This document shows, piece by piece, positions 32,584 through 49,651 of a DNA stretch of 64,000 bases (position 1 is its first letter; each line of letters begins with the position of its first letter). The position numbers and the translations under genes are program-made. Source of the stretch: an uncultured Chloroflexia bacterium (lineage in GTDB: Bacteria > Chloroflexota > Limnocylindria > Limnocylindrales > CSP1-4); NCBI GenBank assembly GCA_963697275.1, contig CAVONF010000003.1, forward strand, positions 68,028-132,027, read 5' to 3'. The notes under the pieces were generated by a model that was not told where the DNA came from, did not search any database, and saw nothing but the letters and a program-made list of their open reading frames with translations.

Positions 32584-33775
32584 ATGACCCCAGGAACACC
32601 GCTCCAGCGCCTGCTCGGTGCGAGCCTGGCGCTGCTGCTGACGCTCGGCGCGCCCATGGGCCCGGCGGTGGCAACCGAGGTGGCCGTCCAGGCGGCCGAC
32701 CAGGCGGCGGTCCAGGCGGCCGACCGGGCGGCCGTCCGGTTCGGGGAGCCGCAGGCGGCGGGTGACTTCGGCGAGACCGTCGTCTTCCGGACGTCGTTCC
32801 GGTCGCCCACCGCGCCACGGCGCGTGGAGCTGCTGACGGCGCTGCCCCACGACAGCGGCCAGCGCGTCAGTGTCGCCTCGATGGAGCGGACCGGTCCGGA
32901 CACCTGGGAGGCCACCGTCTTCCAGGGTGGCCACGTGGTACCCAATACCTCCTACGCCTACCGCTTCCGGGTCATCGCCGAGGACGGCCCCGTCCTGGGT
33001 CCGGAAGCGACGCACCGGGTCGTCGATACGCGCCTGGAGTGGCAGCAGCTCGCCGGTGACCACGTCACCGTGTGGTGGCACGCCGGAGACCGGGGGTTCG
33101 CCCAACGTGCCCTGGACATCGCCGAGCGCGCGGTGGTGGAAGCCGCCGAGCTGCTCGGCGTGCGCGACATCGAGCCGGTCGACTTCTTCATCTACTCGGA
33201 CAGTCGCGCCTTCCGCCAGGCCCTGGGCCCGGCGACGCGCGAGAACGTCGGCGGCCAGGCGCATCCCGACATCCGCACGCTCTTCGGGCTCATCGAGCCA
33301 CGCCAGGTCGAGTCGGACTGGGTCGAGGAGCTCGTGGTCCACGAGCTGACCCACCTGGTCTTCGACGAGGCCGTGGGCAATCCGTACGACTACCCGCCCC
33401 GCTGGCTCAACGAAGGCCTGGCTGTCTACCTCGCGAGGGCTACGACGCCGGCGATCGGGCGCAGGTGGCGGGCGGCCGCGCGTACGGGCACGATCATCCC
33501 GCTCGAGGGCCTGGCCGGCCAGTTCCCGACGCGGCCGCGCCGCTTCAGCCTGGCCTACGCCGAGAGCGTCTCCGCCGTCGACTACTTCGTCGAGACGTAC
33601 GGCCAGGAGACGCTCGTCGAGCTCATCACCTCGTTCGCGGACGGCCGGCGGTCGACGAGGCCTTCGTGGCCGCCACCGGGCGCCCTTCCCCGCCTTCGAG
33701 GACGCCTGGCTGGCGTCGGTCGGCGCGGAGCGTCCAGAGCCCTACGGGCCGCGACCGGCCGAGCCCGGTCCATGA
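32584..33775 (+). pseudogene. peptidase MA-like secreted zinc metalloprotease, frame-disrupted near the 3' end
   Basis: A signal peptide, then WVEELVVHELTHLVFDEAVG and PRWLNEGLAVYLAR (HExxH plus a downstream E). The C-terminus ..FVAATGRP..EDAWLASVGAERPEPYGPRPAEPGP-stop is reached only after frame changes. Confidence 0.65.
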
Positions 33776-33831
33776 CCCTGCCGGATGCGGGGGCAGCGAC
33801 GTCCGGCGGCTTTGCTACGCTGAGGTCATCC

Positions 33832-35281
33832 ATGGAGACCTGGCCCGACGCGCCCTCGATACCGCCACCAGCTCGGCGCCGAGCTATGCCGACGTCCGCG
33901 TCGTGCGACGCCGGGACCAGATCGCCACCGTCAAGGGCGGGTCGGGTGGACGGCCTGAGCCTCGGCGAGACGGAAGGCTTCGGGGTCCGCGTCCTCGTGG
34001 ACGGCGCCTGGGGCTTCGCCAGCTCCGGCCGCATGGACGGCCCGGAGGCGGACGAGGTCGCGGCGCTGGCCGTGCGCATCGCGCGCGCCTCGGCCCGCGT
34101 CGCCCACCGACCGCGTCGTCCTGGCCGACCGGCCACCCGCGCATGGGCCGCTACGAGACGCCGGTCGCGCGAGGACCCCTTCACGGTGCCCATCGACCGC
34201 ACCGTCGACATGCTGCTCGCGGCCGAGCGCGCCATGGCGGCCGTCCGGGCGTCGCACCACGAAGGCCGACTACCACGCCTTCCGGGAGTGGAAGGAGCTC
34301 TACGCCACGGATGGCTCGGAGACCGAGCAGGTCATCACCCACGTCGGTGCCGGCCTCGAGGCGCAGGCCGCCAGCGACGACGACCTGCAGCGTCGCACCT
34401 TCCCGGAAGCCGGCGGCTACCGCGCGGCGGGCTACGAGCACGTCCGCGGCCTGGACCTCGTCGAGCGGGCGCCCGTGCTGGCCGAGGAGGCCGTCGAGCT
34501 GCTCTCCGCGCCCCAGTCTGCCGCCCGGCCGCCGCACCATCGTGCTGCACCCCTCGCAGCTGTACCTGCAGATCCACGAGAGCTGCGGTCACCCCACCGA
34601 GCTCGATCGGGTCTTCGGCACGGAGGCCGCCTACGCCGGCACCAGCTTCCTGACCACGGACAAGCTCGATGCCGGCTTCCGCTACGGCTCCGACCTGGTC
34701 ACGCTCGTGGCGGACGCCACGACGCCGGGCGGCCTGGGCACCTTCGGCTGGGATGACGAGGGCGTCGCCGCGCAGCGCGTGCCGCTCGTCAGCGAGGGCA
34801 TCTTCAGCGGCTACCTGACCAGTCGCGAGACGGCGCCCCGCATCGGCCGGCGGCAGCGGCGGCGCCATGCGCGCCGACGGCTGGAACCGCCTGCCGCTCA
34901 TCCGCATGACCAACATCAACCTGGAGCCGCGCCCGGGCATGAGCCTCGACGAGATCATCGCCGACACCGATGACGGCCTGCTCCTCGAGTCGAACCGCAG
35001 CTGGTCCATCGACGACCGGCGGCTGAACTTCCAGTTCGGCGTGGAGATCGCTCGCGAGATCAAGGGCGGCCAGCTGGGGCAGCTCTACCGCAACGCCACC
35101 TACACCGGCATCACGCCCCAGTTCTGGGGCTCCTGCGATGCCGTGGCTGACGAGCGCAGCTGGATGCTCGTCGGCGTGACCAACTGCGGCAAGGGCCAGC
35201 CGGGCCAGGGCATGCACGTGGGCCACGGCTGCAGCGGCGCGCGCTTCCGGGACGTCCAGGTCGGGGTCGGGCAACTCGTGA
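33832..35281 (+). pseudogene. tldD: TldD family metalloprotease, multiply frame-disrupted
   Basis: YADVRVVRRRDQ, GFGVRVLVDGAWGFASS, LQIHESCGHPTELDR, WDDEGVAAQRVPLVSEGI, RADGWNRLPLIRMTNINLEP and VGVTNCGKGQPGQGMHVGHGCSGARF lie in alternating frames (32569, 33072 and 34867 ORFs). Confidence 0.8.
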
Positions 35282-36633
35282 GCAGCCGCCAGTCCGGAGG
35301 GCATCGAACTCGCCGAGCGTGCGGTGGCCATGGCGCTCGAGGCCGGCGCGACGCAGGCCGAGGCGCTGGTCATGCGCAGCCACGAGCGCGCTGACGCGCT
35401 TCGCCAACAACGAGATCCACCAGAACGTGGCCGAGACGGACACCGTGGTGAACCTGCGCTTCGTCGATGGCCAGCGGGTCGGCGTGGCCTCCGGCAATCG
35501 CCTCGATGACGCCGCGCTGCGCAGCTGGCTGACTCAGCCGCGATCACGGCACGACTGCAGCCGGAGCACAGCGACTTCACCTCGCTGCCCCGTCCCCGGC
35601 CCACTCCGCTCGTCGCCGGTGCCTACGCCGCCGCCACGGCCACGGCTGACCCGGAGGACCGCGCCGACGCGGCCGCGGCCGTCATCGCCGCGGCCGAGGC
35701 GGTGGGGGCCCAGGCCTTCGGCTACGCCCAGACCGGCTGGGAGGAGGTCAGCGTCGTCAACTCGCTGGGCATCCGTGTCAGCGAGCCGCGCACCCGGGCG
35801 CAGGTGCTGACGGTGATGATGGGTCCCGGCGGCGGGACCGGCTACGCCGAGCAGGTGGCCGTGGACATCGCAGCCATCGATGCCTCGGCCATCGGCCGCG
35901 AGGCTGCCGAACGCACCCGCGCCATGCGCGACCCCATCGAGCTGCCGGCTGGGGACTACCCGGTGGTGCTCGACAGCTACGCGGTCATGGACTTCACCGA
36001 CATGCTCGGCTACCTCGGGTTCTCCGCCCTCGCGGTGCAGGAGGAGCGCTCCTTCTTCGAGCCCGGCAAGGTCATCGGCTCACCGTTGGTCAGCATCAGC
36101 GACGACGCCGCCGACCCAGCCGGCACGCCAGCCTCGTTCGACTACGAGGGCGTGCCCACGCAGCGCGTCACGCTCGTCGAGGCGGGCGTCTGCCGCGACG
36201 TCGTGCATGACACACCAGACAGCCGCCCGGGCCGGCCGTGACATCGACCGGCCACGGCCTGCCGGCCCCCAACCCCTGGGGCCCGTTCCCGCTGCACATG
36301 ATCATGGCCGCGGGCGAGCACCCCGCGCGACGAGCTCATCGGCGGCCTCGAGCGCGGGCTGCTGGTGACGCGCTTCCACTACACCAACGTGGTGCACCCC
36401 AAGCCGGTCATCATCACGGGCATGACCCGCGACGGGCTGTTCCTCGTCGAGGACGGCGCAGGTCCGGGCAGCCGTGCGCAACCTGCGCTTCACGCAGAGC
36501 TACCTCGAGGCCCTCGCCGGGGTCGAAGCCGTGAGCTCGGAGCGGCGCGCCCTCGAGGGCTTCCTGGGGACCGCGCTGGTGCCCGGCGCTGCGCCTCCGC
36601 TCGTTCACGTTCACGGGCACGACCGAGCACTAG
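35278..36633 (+). pseudogene. pmbA: PmbA/TldE family metalloprotease partner, multiply frame-disrupted
   Basis: IELAERAVAMALEAGATQAEALV, TRFANNEIHQNV, DYPVVLDSYAVMDFTDMLGYLGF, FDYEGVPTQRVTLVEAG, LLVTRFHYTNVVHP and RNLRFTQSYLEAL lie in at least four frame segments. The stop is at 36631-36633. Confidence 0.75.
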
Positions 36634-36661
36634 GGCGCAGATCGCTGGACCGACCACCGCG

Positions 36662-38178
36662 ATGAGCCACATCAGGGAGCAGGTCGACGACGCCATCACC
36701 ATCGAGGGCGGCAGCGACCTCGGGACGCCCAACGCGTCCTGCCCAACCCCAGGTTCCTGGCGCTCTTCGGGTCGCAGATCTTCACCCAGGTCGGCGGCAA
36801 CATGGTGCTGTTCGGCCTCACCGTCACGGTCTTCGGCCTGACCGACTCGAGCACCTCGGTCAGCATCCTGCTGCTGACGTTCCTGGTGCCCGCGGTCGTC
36901 TTCGGCGCCATCGCCGGGGTCTTCGTGGACATGTTCGACCGGCGCACGATCCTCATCTCCACGAACTTCGCGCGCGGCGGGCTCTTCCTGCTGCTGGTCT
37001 TCTTCGCCGACCAGATCGCACTCATCTACGTGGTCACCGCCATCGTGGCCACGCTGACCACCTTCTTCGCGCCAGCCGAGGCGGCCATGATCCCGCTGGT
37101 CGTCAAGCGCGACCAGCTGATGACCGCCAACAGCCTCTTCATCCTGGCTCTGCAGGCCTCGTTCGTGCTGGGCTTCGCGGTGCTCGGGCCGCTGGCCCAG
37201 ACGGTCTTCGGGACGCAGATGCTCATCCTCATCGTGGCCGTGGCCTACGGCCTCGCCGGACTCTTCTGCTGGGTCCTGCCCTCGGCCCCACCCAGCAGCG
37301 CCGGGCAGGCCTCGCTGGCATCGGCCCGGGGCGCCCTGAGCTCCACGTATGAGCAGCTCAAGGAGGGCCTCGCCTACATCCGTCAGCACCACAACATCTT
37401 CTGGTCGCTGACGTACCTGGCCATGGTGGCCTCGCTCATCGGCGTGCTCGGCGTGCTCGGCCCGGACTTCGCCAAGTCCGTGCTGGGACTCGAGGAAGGC
37501 GACCTGGTGGTGGTGCTGCTGCCGCTGGGCGCCGGCCTCATCGGCGGCATCGTGGTGCTCAACCTCATCGGCAAGTACCTCTCGCGACGGCGCCTCATCG
37601 AGGGCGGCATGATCGTGCTGGCCGCGTCACTGGTCATCCTCGGCCTGGCCCAGAACCTCGCCGCCCCGGGCGATGGTGACGACATCACGGCACTCCTGAC
37701 CGTGGTCGTCATCGTGGCCTTCGTCGCGGGCATCTGCTACGCGTTCGTGGCCGTGCCCGCACAGACATCGCTGCAGGAGGAGCTGCCCCCGGACGTGCGC
37801 GGCCGCGTCTTCGGCGTGCTCAACATGCTGGTGAGCCTGGCGTCCTTCATGCCCATCATCGTCGTCGGCCCGCTGGCCGACATCGTCAGTCCCGCTGCCG
37901 TCATCGTGACCGCGGCTGTCATCGTCGGCGTGGTGGGGGTCCTGTCCATCCTCTTCGCACATCCACGCGTCACCGGCTCGGCCAGGCCCGTCAACATCGA
38001 GCCGGTCGATCCGATGACCATCACGACCGCCTCGTCCACGCTGAACCGGCCCGTCCGGCTGCGCTACATCGCCGAGGACGGCGCGGGTGGCGGACCCATC
38101 CAGATGCTCGCCAGCCCGGTCGTGCCCGGCAGGGCGGGTCCGGCTCCGGAGCGGCCGCCTCACCCGCCGCACGGCTAA
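36662..38178 (+). CDS. MFS transporter (the first ~25 codons appear to be in another frame)
   Basis: ORF 36802..38178 is a 12-TM-like MFS body. TM1 (LPNPRFLALFGSQIFTQVGGNMVLFG) lies upstream of its first ATG in the same frame without a start codon. The only upstream ATG (36662) is in a different frame. Confidence 0.7.
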
Positions 38179-38184
38179 GCCGCG

Positions 38185-39206
38185 ATGGCTGAGCGCCCGC
38201 GTGTCGTGGTCATCTTCACCGGGGGCACCATCGCCATGCTTCCCGACGACCGCACCGGCGCCGCCGTCCCGGCGCTGCGCGGCGGGGAGATCCTCGCGCG
38301 CATGCCCGGCCTGGCCGGGATCGCAGACCTCGAGGCCATCGACTGGGGGCTCGTGCCGGCGTCGCACCTGCGCTTCTCGCAGCTGCTGGAGATCGGCGGC
38401 CTGATCGAGGCCGCGGCTGCTCGGGACGATGTCGCCGGCGTGGTCGTGGTGCAGGGCACCGACGTGCTCGAGGAGACGGCCTTCGCCTGGGACCTGCTGC
38501 CCGGGATCGACACACCGGTCGTGGTGGTCGGCGCCATGCGCAACGCTGGCGACCCCGACTACGACGGACCCAGGAACCTGGCGACGCACTCCGGGTGGCC
38601 ATCGATCCGCGCCTGCGCGGCCAGGGCGTGGTGGTCGTGATGGCTGGCCTGATCCTGCCGGCCGACGATGTCACCAAGACCGACAGCCAGGCGCTGGACA
38701 CGTTCCAGGCGCCCAACCAGGGGGCGCTGGGGCGCGTCAGCGGCGGACGCGTGCTGGTGGAGCGCCAGCGCGCGACCAGGCGCGTGCCTGCCCGCGGTGC
38801 CCGCCGCTGCGGCGGAGCCGATCGCCCTGCTGACCGCCGTGGTCTCCACCGACGGCGACCTGCTCCGCGCCGCCGTGGCGGCCGGGGCGGCGGGTGTCGT
38901 CGTCGAGGCCACCGGCTCAGGCAACACGGACCCGGACCTGCTGGCGGCCGCCGTGGACGCCATGGCGCAGCGACGTGCCCGTCGTGCTCGCGACCCGCTG
39001 TGCCTCGGGACCGGTGGGCCCCTGCTACGGCTTCCCTGGTGGCGGCCGGACGCTGGCAGGAGGCCGGCGCCATCATGGCCGGCACCCTCAGCGGACCCAA
39101 GGCCCGCATCGCGCTGGCCCTGGGCATGGGCGCCGGACTGGACCGTCGCGGGCTCGCCGAGCTGATCGGAGGGGCCGGAACGGTGGCGGGTGGCGGGCGT
39201 GCCTGA
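38185..39206 (+). pseudogene. L-asparaginase (type I/II family), multiply frame-disrupted
   Basis: VVIFTGGTIAM, VVVQGTDVLEETAF, GVVVVMAGLILPADDVTKT, AGVVVEATGSGN and AGTLSGPKARIALAL are split over the 38185, 38595, 38668 and 38894 frames. Confidence 0.8.
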
Positions 39207-39210
39207 AGCC

Positions 39211-40899
39211 ATGCGGGCGGACCTCATCATCAGCGGGCGCATCGCCACGCTGGCTGGCAGTGGCGGGTTCGGCTGGGTCGAGGCGCTGGCCATCCGTGCC
39301 GGCCGCGTACTGGCCGGCGGGACCTGGTCCGACGTCGAGCCGCTCGCCGGCGCAGCGACCAGGCAGTGGCGCCTGGGCCGCGACGTCGTCGTCACGCCCT
39401 CCATCACCGACGCGCACCTGCACCTGGCGGCCGCCGCCCTGGCGGCCGGGCAGCCGGACCTGACCGGGCTCGACCGCGCCGCCGTGTGCGCCGTCATCGC
39501 CGCGGCGCACGAGCAGCGTCTCGCAGCCGGCGACGCCGATGGCTGGCTGCTGGGACATGGCTGGTCCTTCGCTGCCCTGGGCGAGCATCCCGACGCAGCC
39601 TGGCTCGACGAGGCGGCCCCGGGACGGCCGGTCGCGCTTGTGGGCGCACGACCACCACTCCCGCTGGCTGAGCGCACGGGCCGTGCAGCTCGCCGGCCTG
39701 GCGGCCCAGGCGGACCCGCCGTCCGGTCGCATCGAGCGGGACGCCGACGGGCGGCCGACGGGCATCCTGTACGAGACCGCGGCCGGGCTCGTCGATGCCG
39801 TCGTCCCGCCGCCGACCTCCGACGCGGTCGACTGGGCCATCGGGGCCTACGCCCGCACGCTGGCGGAGCTGGGTGTCACCTCCGTCCACGATCCCGGCGG
39901 CCTGGCCCCGGACCCGGAGCTGCGCCTGGGCCCGACCCTCTACCGCGCGATGGCCGCGCGGCGGCCGGCTGCCACTGCGCGTCACGGCCTGCGTCCGCGC
40001 GGAGCAGCTCGAGCGGCGCCATCGAGATCGGCTTCCGGAGCGGGCGGGCAGAGGTCGAGCCGGTCAGCTGGCAGGACCGGGCTCAGGTCGGTACCGCGAC
40101 GGCTGGCTGAAGCTCTTCGCCGACGGCGCCCTGGGCAGCCGGACGGCAGCGCTGCTGGCGCCCTACGAGGCCGACGACCCGGCCGGTCCACCGCCGGGCG
40201 GCCCGACCGGGATGCCGCTGCTGGACCGTGAGCAGCTCGCCGAGCTGGCCGGCCGGGCCGCCGACGCCGGCATCGCCAGCCAGATCCACGCCATCGGCGA
40301 CGCCGCGGTGCGCACCGTGCTCGACGTCCTCGAGCGGCTCCCGTCCGTCCAGGGCGCCCGGCACCGCATCGAGCACGCCCAGCTGATCCATCCCGGGGAC
40401 CTGCACCGCTTCAGCGCGCTGGGGGTCGCAGCCTCGGTGCAGCCCTGTCACCTGCTCAGCGATGCGGAGGCGATGCGCCAGGCCTGGGGTGAGCGTGCGA
40501 CCACGGCCTTCCCGCTGGCCGACCTCGATCGAGCCGGCACGCTGCTCCCGTTCGGCACCGACGCACCGGTCGAGCCACCCGATCCCTGGCCGGGCATCGC
40601 GGCGGCCGTGACACGCGCAGGGTCCCGCCTGGCGTCTGGGCGAGCCGTTCCACCCGGAGCAGGCCATCAGCCTCGAGCGCGCCCTCCGCGCGGCGTGCCT
40701 GGATGGACCGCGCTCGGCGCTGACATCCGACGAGGGCCACCTTGCGGTCGGTGCGCGGGCCGACCTGCTGGTGCTGCCGGCAGCAGCCTTCGATGCGCCG
40801 CGCCGACCCAGTGGACCCGTCGCTCGGCACGCATCCGGCCGCTGGCGACGCTGCTGGACGGGCGGCCGCTCTACGAAGCGCTCGGGCTTCGATCCCTGA
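39211..40899 (+). pseudogene. amidohydrolase family protein (YtcJ-like metal-dependent hydrolase), multiply frame-disrupted
   Basis: [80 protein letters not shown] and FGTDAPVE lie in the 39190, 39539 and 39795 frames. The 3' end is approximate. Confidence 0.7.
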
Positions 40900-45165
<4,266 letters not shown>

Positions 45166-45169
<4 letters not shown>

Positions 45170-45958
45170 CGCGATGACCGGCTCGGCGCGCCTGTCGGCG
45201 AGCCGCGACGGCGGCGGTCGAGTCCAGCTCGACCAGGATCAGCTCCCGCACCTGGGCGCCCAGGACAGCGCGGGCCTCGCGATCGAGCCGTCGAGTCGCG
45301 TGATGACGGATGTCCGCGCGAGACAGGCGCGCGATGGTGCTCACGCCGGTGACGCCCCACTTGGTGTGGTCTGCCGATCACGACCAGCCGACCGCCCGTC
45401 TCGATCAGGGCCTGGTTCGTCTCCGCCTCGAGCATGTTGGGGGTGGTGAAGCCGGCGCGCTCGTGCATGCCATGGACGCCCAGGAAGACGAGGTCGACGT
45501 TGACGGCTGCGCAGCGCGTTGACCGCGAACGGCCCCACCAGGGCATCCGACGGGGTGCGCACACCCCCGCTCAGGATGATGGTCTGGTCCGCGCGGCCAC
45601 CGTGGTAGAGGACCTCCGCGGCCGGCACCGAGTTGGTCACCACGGTCAGGCGGGGCACCCGGCCAGCAGGCGGCTGACCTCATAGGTGGTGCGTGCCGGC
45701 CGAGACGTGCCACGGCCATGCCGGGCTCGACCAGTGCTGCGGCCGCGCGCGCGATGGCCACCTTGGCCTCGTGCTCGAGCGTCCGCTTGGTGTCGAAGCC
45801 GGGCTCGTGGACGGCCGAATCTGCGCGAGCAGCGTCGCGCCGCCATGGACCTTCACGCAGGTGGCCCTGTCGCCTCGAGCACGCTCCAGGTCGCGGCGCA
45901 CGGTCATGTCCGAGACGGCCAGCTCCCGCATCAGATCGGCGACGCGGACGCGCGCCAT
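45166..45958 (-). pseudogene. DeoR family transcriptional regulator, multiply frame-disrupted
   Basis: The HTH part VADLMRELAVSDMTVRRDLE is in 45680..45958. The C-terminal sugar-binding pieces (LTVVTNSVPAAEVLY, VDLVFLGVHGMHERAGFTTPNMLEAETNQALIE) are in other frames. Confidence 0.7.
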
Positions 45959-46126
45959 CGGCGCGCAGCCGCTCGAGGATGAAGGCGTGGCGCTGCGGAG
46001 CCAGCACGGTGCCGATGCTCCCCCTGCCTGGGACTTGATCAGTGCTGGGATGTCCAGTCCTGCGCAGTCCCACAGAAGTCAACGTATGCTTAGCGGCATT
46101 CTCCCTGGATATCACCAGATTCGACC

Positions 46127-46156
46127 TTGACATGGCTACGCGAAGCGCGCCACAAT
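46127..46156 (+). promoter_or_regulatory. candidate sigma-70-type promoter (TTGACA-18 nt-CACAAT) in the deoR / ABC divergent region
   Basis: TTGACA is at 46127-46132 and CACAAT at 46151-46156. This is the lowest-GC intergenic stretch of the area. AGGAGGAGG precedes the ATG at 46220. Confidence 0.3.
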
Positions 46157-46219
46157 CCGGGGGAACCGTGTTGGTTTCTGTTGGACCGATGGGAGTCCAC
46201 AGCAATAGGAGGAGGAACC

Positions 46220-47513
46220 ATGGCGTTCCCTGAGTCCCGCACCCGCGGCGGGCGACGGTCATGGCGACCGCGCTGGCCACGGCAGCGCTGCTCTTCTCGA
46301 GCATCGGCGTCGCGGCACAGGACACGAGCACCACCCTCGGCTCGAACGAGAGCGACGAGGTCCCGAAGCACGGCGGTCGCACAACATCGTCAACTACTGC
46401 CAGGAGCAGGCCGGCATCGATGTCACGGTCAACGTCAACGACCACAACACCTTCCAGAACCAGATCAGCGCCTATCTGCAGGGCACGCCGGACGACATCG
46501 TCAAGTGGTTCGCCGGCAACCGCCTGCGCTTCTTCGCGGCCCAGGGCCTGCTCGCGCCGATCAACGACGTCTGGGACAGAGGTCCATGCAGTACCAGACC
46601 GAGGGCCTCAAGGACGGCCTCCACGGGCGACGACGGCAACCAGTACTTCGTGCCCGGTCTACAACTACCCTGGGTGGTGATGTACCGCAAGAGCGTCTGG
46701 GACGAGAAGGGCTACACCGTGCCCACGACCATGGAGGAGTTCAAGGCCCTGGGCGACCAGATGATCGCCGACGGCCTGATCCCGCTGGCCCTTGGCGACC
46801 AGGACGGCTGGCCGGCCATGGGCACGTTCGACATCCTGAACATGCGCCAGAACGGCTACGACTTCCACATCGGCCTGATGGAGGGCCGCGAGCAGTGGTC
46901 CGACCCGCGCGTCAAGACGGTCTTCGAGATCTGGCGCGACGACGTCCTGCCGTACACGCAGGAGGGCGCGCCGGCCGCACGTGGCAGGATGCCGCCAAGG
47001 CGGCGCTCGTCGACAAGACCGCGGGCATGTACTTCCTGGGCACCTTCGCCGCTGAGCAGGCCGCGGTCGAGGACATCCCCGACATCGGCTTCTTCCCCTG
47101 GCCCGACGCTGGGCACCGAGTTCGACGCCGAGAACGCCATCGACGCGCCGATCGACGGCTTCATGCTCAGCGCCAACCCCAAGAACCCCGAGGCCGCCAA
47201 GGCCTTCCTGAAGTGCGTCGCCACGCCTGAGGCGCAGCTCGCCTACGTGCTGACGCCGGGCATCGGCAGCGTGGCGGTCTCGCCGCTGGCCGACACCGAG
47301 CGGCTACAACACGCTCCAGGCAGCCTCGGCCGAGGTCCTCAAGAACGCCGGCAACATCGCGCAGTTCCTGGACCGGGATGCACGCGCCGACTTCGCCGGT
47401 CCGTCCGGCATGCAGGGCTTCCTGCTCAGCTTCCTGACCGACCCGGACCAGGACCTCGACGCCTTCCTGGGCGGCATCCAGGCCTACTACGACTCGCTTC
47501 CGCCGGAGGCTGA
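46220..47513 (+). pseudogene. sugar ABC transporter substrate-binding protein, multiply frame-disrupted
   Basis: A signal peptide ATALATAALLFSSIGVAAQ, then NQISAYLQGTPDDIVKWFAGNRL, PWVVMYRKSVWDEKGYTVPTTMEEFKALGDQMIADGLIPLALGDQDGWPAMGTFD and LSANPKNPEAAKAFLK lie in several frames (the 46127, 46261, 46650 and 47410 ORFs). The 3' end is approximate. Confidence 0.75.
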
Positions 47514-47619
47514 TCGACGTGATGACCCTCCAGTCCTGACACGGACCGGCAGGACCTGGCTGCGACCCCCGTCCTGCGCCACGCCGGACGGGGGTCGCAC
47601 ACATGCGGGAGGAGAGCGG

Positions 47620-48728
47620 ATGACAGTCGCTGCCGCTCGCGGCAACCCGGTCGTCCGGATCGTCCTGAGCCTGCTTGCCATCGCGCGTCGGCGTGGTCGC
47701 GCTCGCTGGTGCTCGGCTACGGCGCTGCTGGCGTTCCTCATCGTGCCGCCGGTCGAGGTGGTCACGGTCTCGGCCGTCGTCGTCACCGCGCTGGTCGTGC
47801 TTGGCCGTGACCGCGGTCGTCGTGCGCTCCAACCGGTCGGCCGCACTCTCGCGGCGCGACAAGATCACGCTCGGGCTGATGGTCGGCATCCCCACGTCCA
47901 TCCTGACCATCTTCATCCTCGTGCCCGCTGGTGGCATCGTTGACGCTGTCGCTCACCAGCTGGAACGGGATCGGCGGCCTGGACTCGCATCCAGTTCGTC
48001 GGCCTCAAGAACTACATCGACCTGCACCAGGTCTACAAGCCCTTCTACCCGGCACTGCTGCACAACCTCATCTGGCTGCTCTTCTTCATCTTCATCGCCA
48101 CGCCGCTGGGCATGTTCTTCGCCGTCCTGCTGGACAAGAACATCCGGGGCACGCGCTTCTACCAGAGCGCGCTGTACATGCCGGTCGTGCTCTCGCTGGC
48201 CATCGTCGGCTTCATCTGGCAGCTCATCTATGCGCCGGAGCAGGGCCTGCTCAACAACATCCTGGGCACGAACACGCCAGGGCAACCTCATCAGCTGGCT
48301 GGGTGATCCGAACATCAACCTGTGGGCCGTCCTGGTCGCCGCCAGCTGGCGCCACGTCGGCTACGTGATGGTGCTCTACCTGGCCGGCCTCAAGGCCGTC
48401 GACCCGACGCTGCGTGAGGCCGCCTCGATCGACGGCGCCAACGAGCGTCAGACCTTCTTCCGCGTCGTCTTCCCGGTGCTGAAGCCCATCAACATCGTGG
48501 TCATCGTCATCACGGTCATCGAGTCGCTGCGGGCGTTCGACCTGGCCTTCATCGTCAACAAGGGCCTCAACGGCCTGGAGCTGCTGTCCACGCTGGTCAC
48601 CAACAACATCATCGGTGAGACCAGCCGCATCGGCTTCGGCTCGGCCATCGCGGTCGTGCTGCTCGCTGCTCTCGGTCGTGCCCATCGTCATCTACCTGAG
48701 CCGCGCCCTGCGGGAGGACAACGCATGA
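47620..48728 (+). pseudogene. sugar ABC transporter permease (MalF-like), frame-disrupted
   Basis: GGGAGGAGAG lies upstream of the ATG at 47620. The pieces LTSWNGIGG, MFFAVLLDKNIRGTRFYQSALYMPVVLSLAIVGFIWQLIY and SWRHVGYVMVLYLAGLKAVDPTLREAASIDGANERQTFFRVVFPVLKP lie in different frames. Confidence 0.75.
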
Positions 48729-49651
48729 CCGCCGCAGCCTCACGCCCAGCGCCGTCGGCGCGCAACACGCGGACGGACCTGCGACGGGCCGCACTGCACG
48801 CGTTCCTCATCGCCATGGCGATCCTCTGGCTCCTGCCGCTTGCCTTCGCGGTGTACACCAGCCTGCGTCCACGCGAGGAGACCGACGCCCTCGGCTACCT
48901 GTCGCTGCCGCCGCACGACCGCTCAACCTGGACAACTACATCAACGCCTGGGACCAGGTCCGAGCTGGTGCGCTACTTCCTCAACACGCTCGTCATCGTC
49001 GTCCCGGCGGTGCTGCTGGTGCTCTTCCTGGCCTCGATGATGGCCTTCGCCGTGTCGCGCTACAGCTGGCGCTTCAACCTCGTCTTCCTGCTGCTCTTCA
49101 CGGCCGCGAACCTGCTGCCGCCGCAGGTCATCATCACGCCGCTCTACCGCATCTTCCTGCGGCTCTGGCTGCCCGACGGACGTCGGGGTGGCGGGGTTCC
49201 CGTCGGACAACGGGCTCTTCTACGACCAGTACATCGGCATCATCGCCATCCACGTGGCCTTCCAGCTGGGCTTCTGCACGTTCGTGCTCTCCAACTACAT
49301 GAAGACCATCCCACGCGAGCTCAACGAGGCCGCCGTCGTGGATGGCGCGTCGATCTGGAAGACCTATCGGTCGGTCATCATGCCGCTGACGCGGCCGGCC
49401 CTGGCGGCGCTGGCAACGCTCCAGGTGACGTGGGTCTACAACGACTTCTTCTGGGCCCTGGTCCTCATGATCGGCAGGGCTCCAAGATGCCCATCACGTC
49501 CGCGCTCAACAATCTCAAGGGCCAGTTCTTCACCGACTACAACCTGCTCGCTGCGGGCGCGGTGCTGGTGGCGATACCCACGCTCATCGTGTTCTTCGCG
49601 CTGCAGAAGCAGTTCATCAGCGGCCTGACGCTGGGCTCGACCAAGGGGTAG
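48725..49651 (+). pseudogene. sugar ABC transporter permease (MalG-like), frame-disrupted
   Basis: ATGA overlap with the upstream permease. The pieces LHAFLIAMAILWLLPLAFAVYTSLRP, NTLVIVVPAVLLVLFLASMMAFAVSRY, NEAAVVDGASIWKTYRSVIMPLTRPAL and LLAAGAVLVAIPTLIVFFALQKQFISGLTLGSTKG lie in more than one frame. Confidence 0.75.

Noticed and set aside
30950-32818. 622-aa minus-strand ORF
   Set aside because: It is antisense to the intact SBP5 gene and the start of the MA-peptidase gene, and it is rich in R/G/P/A repeats.
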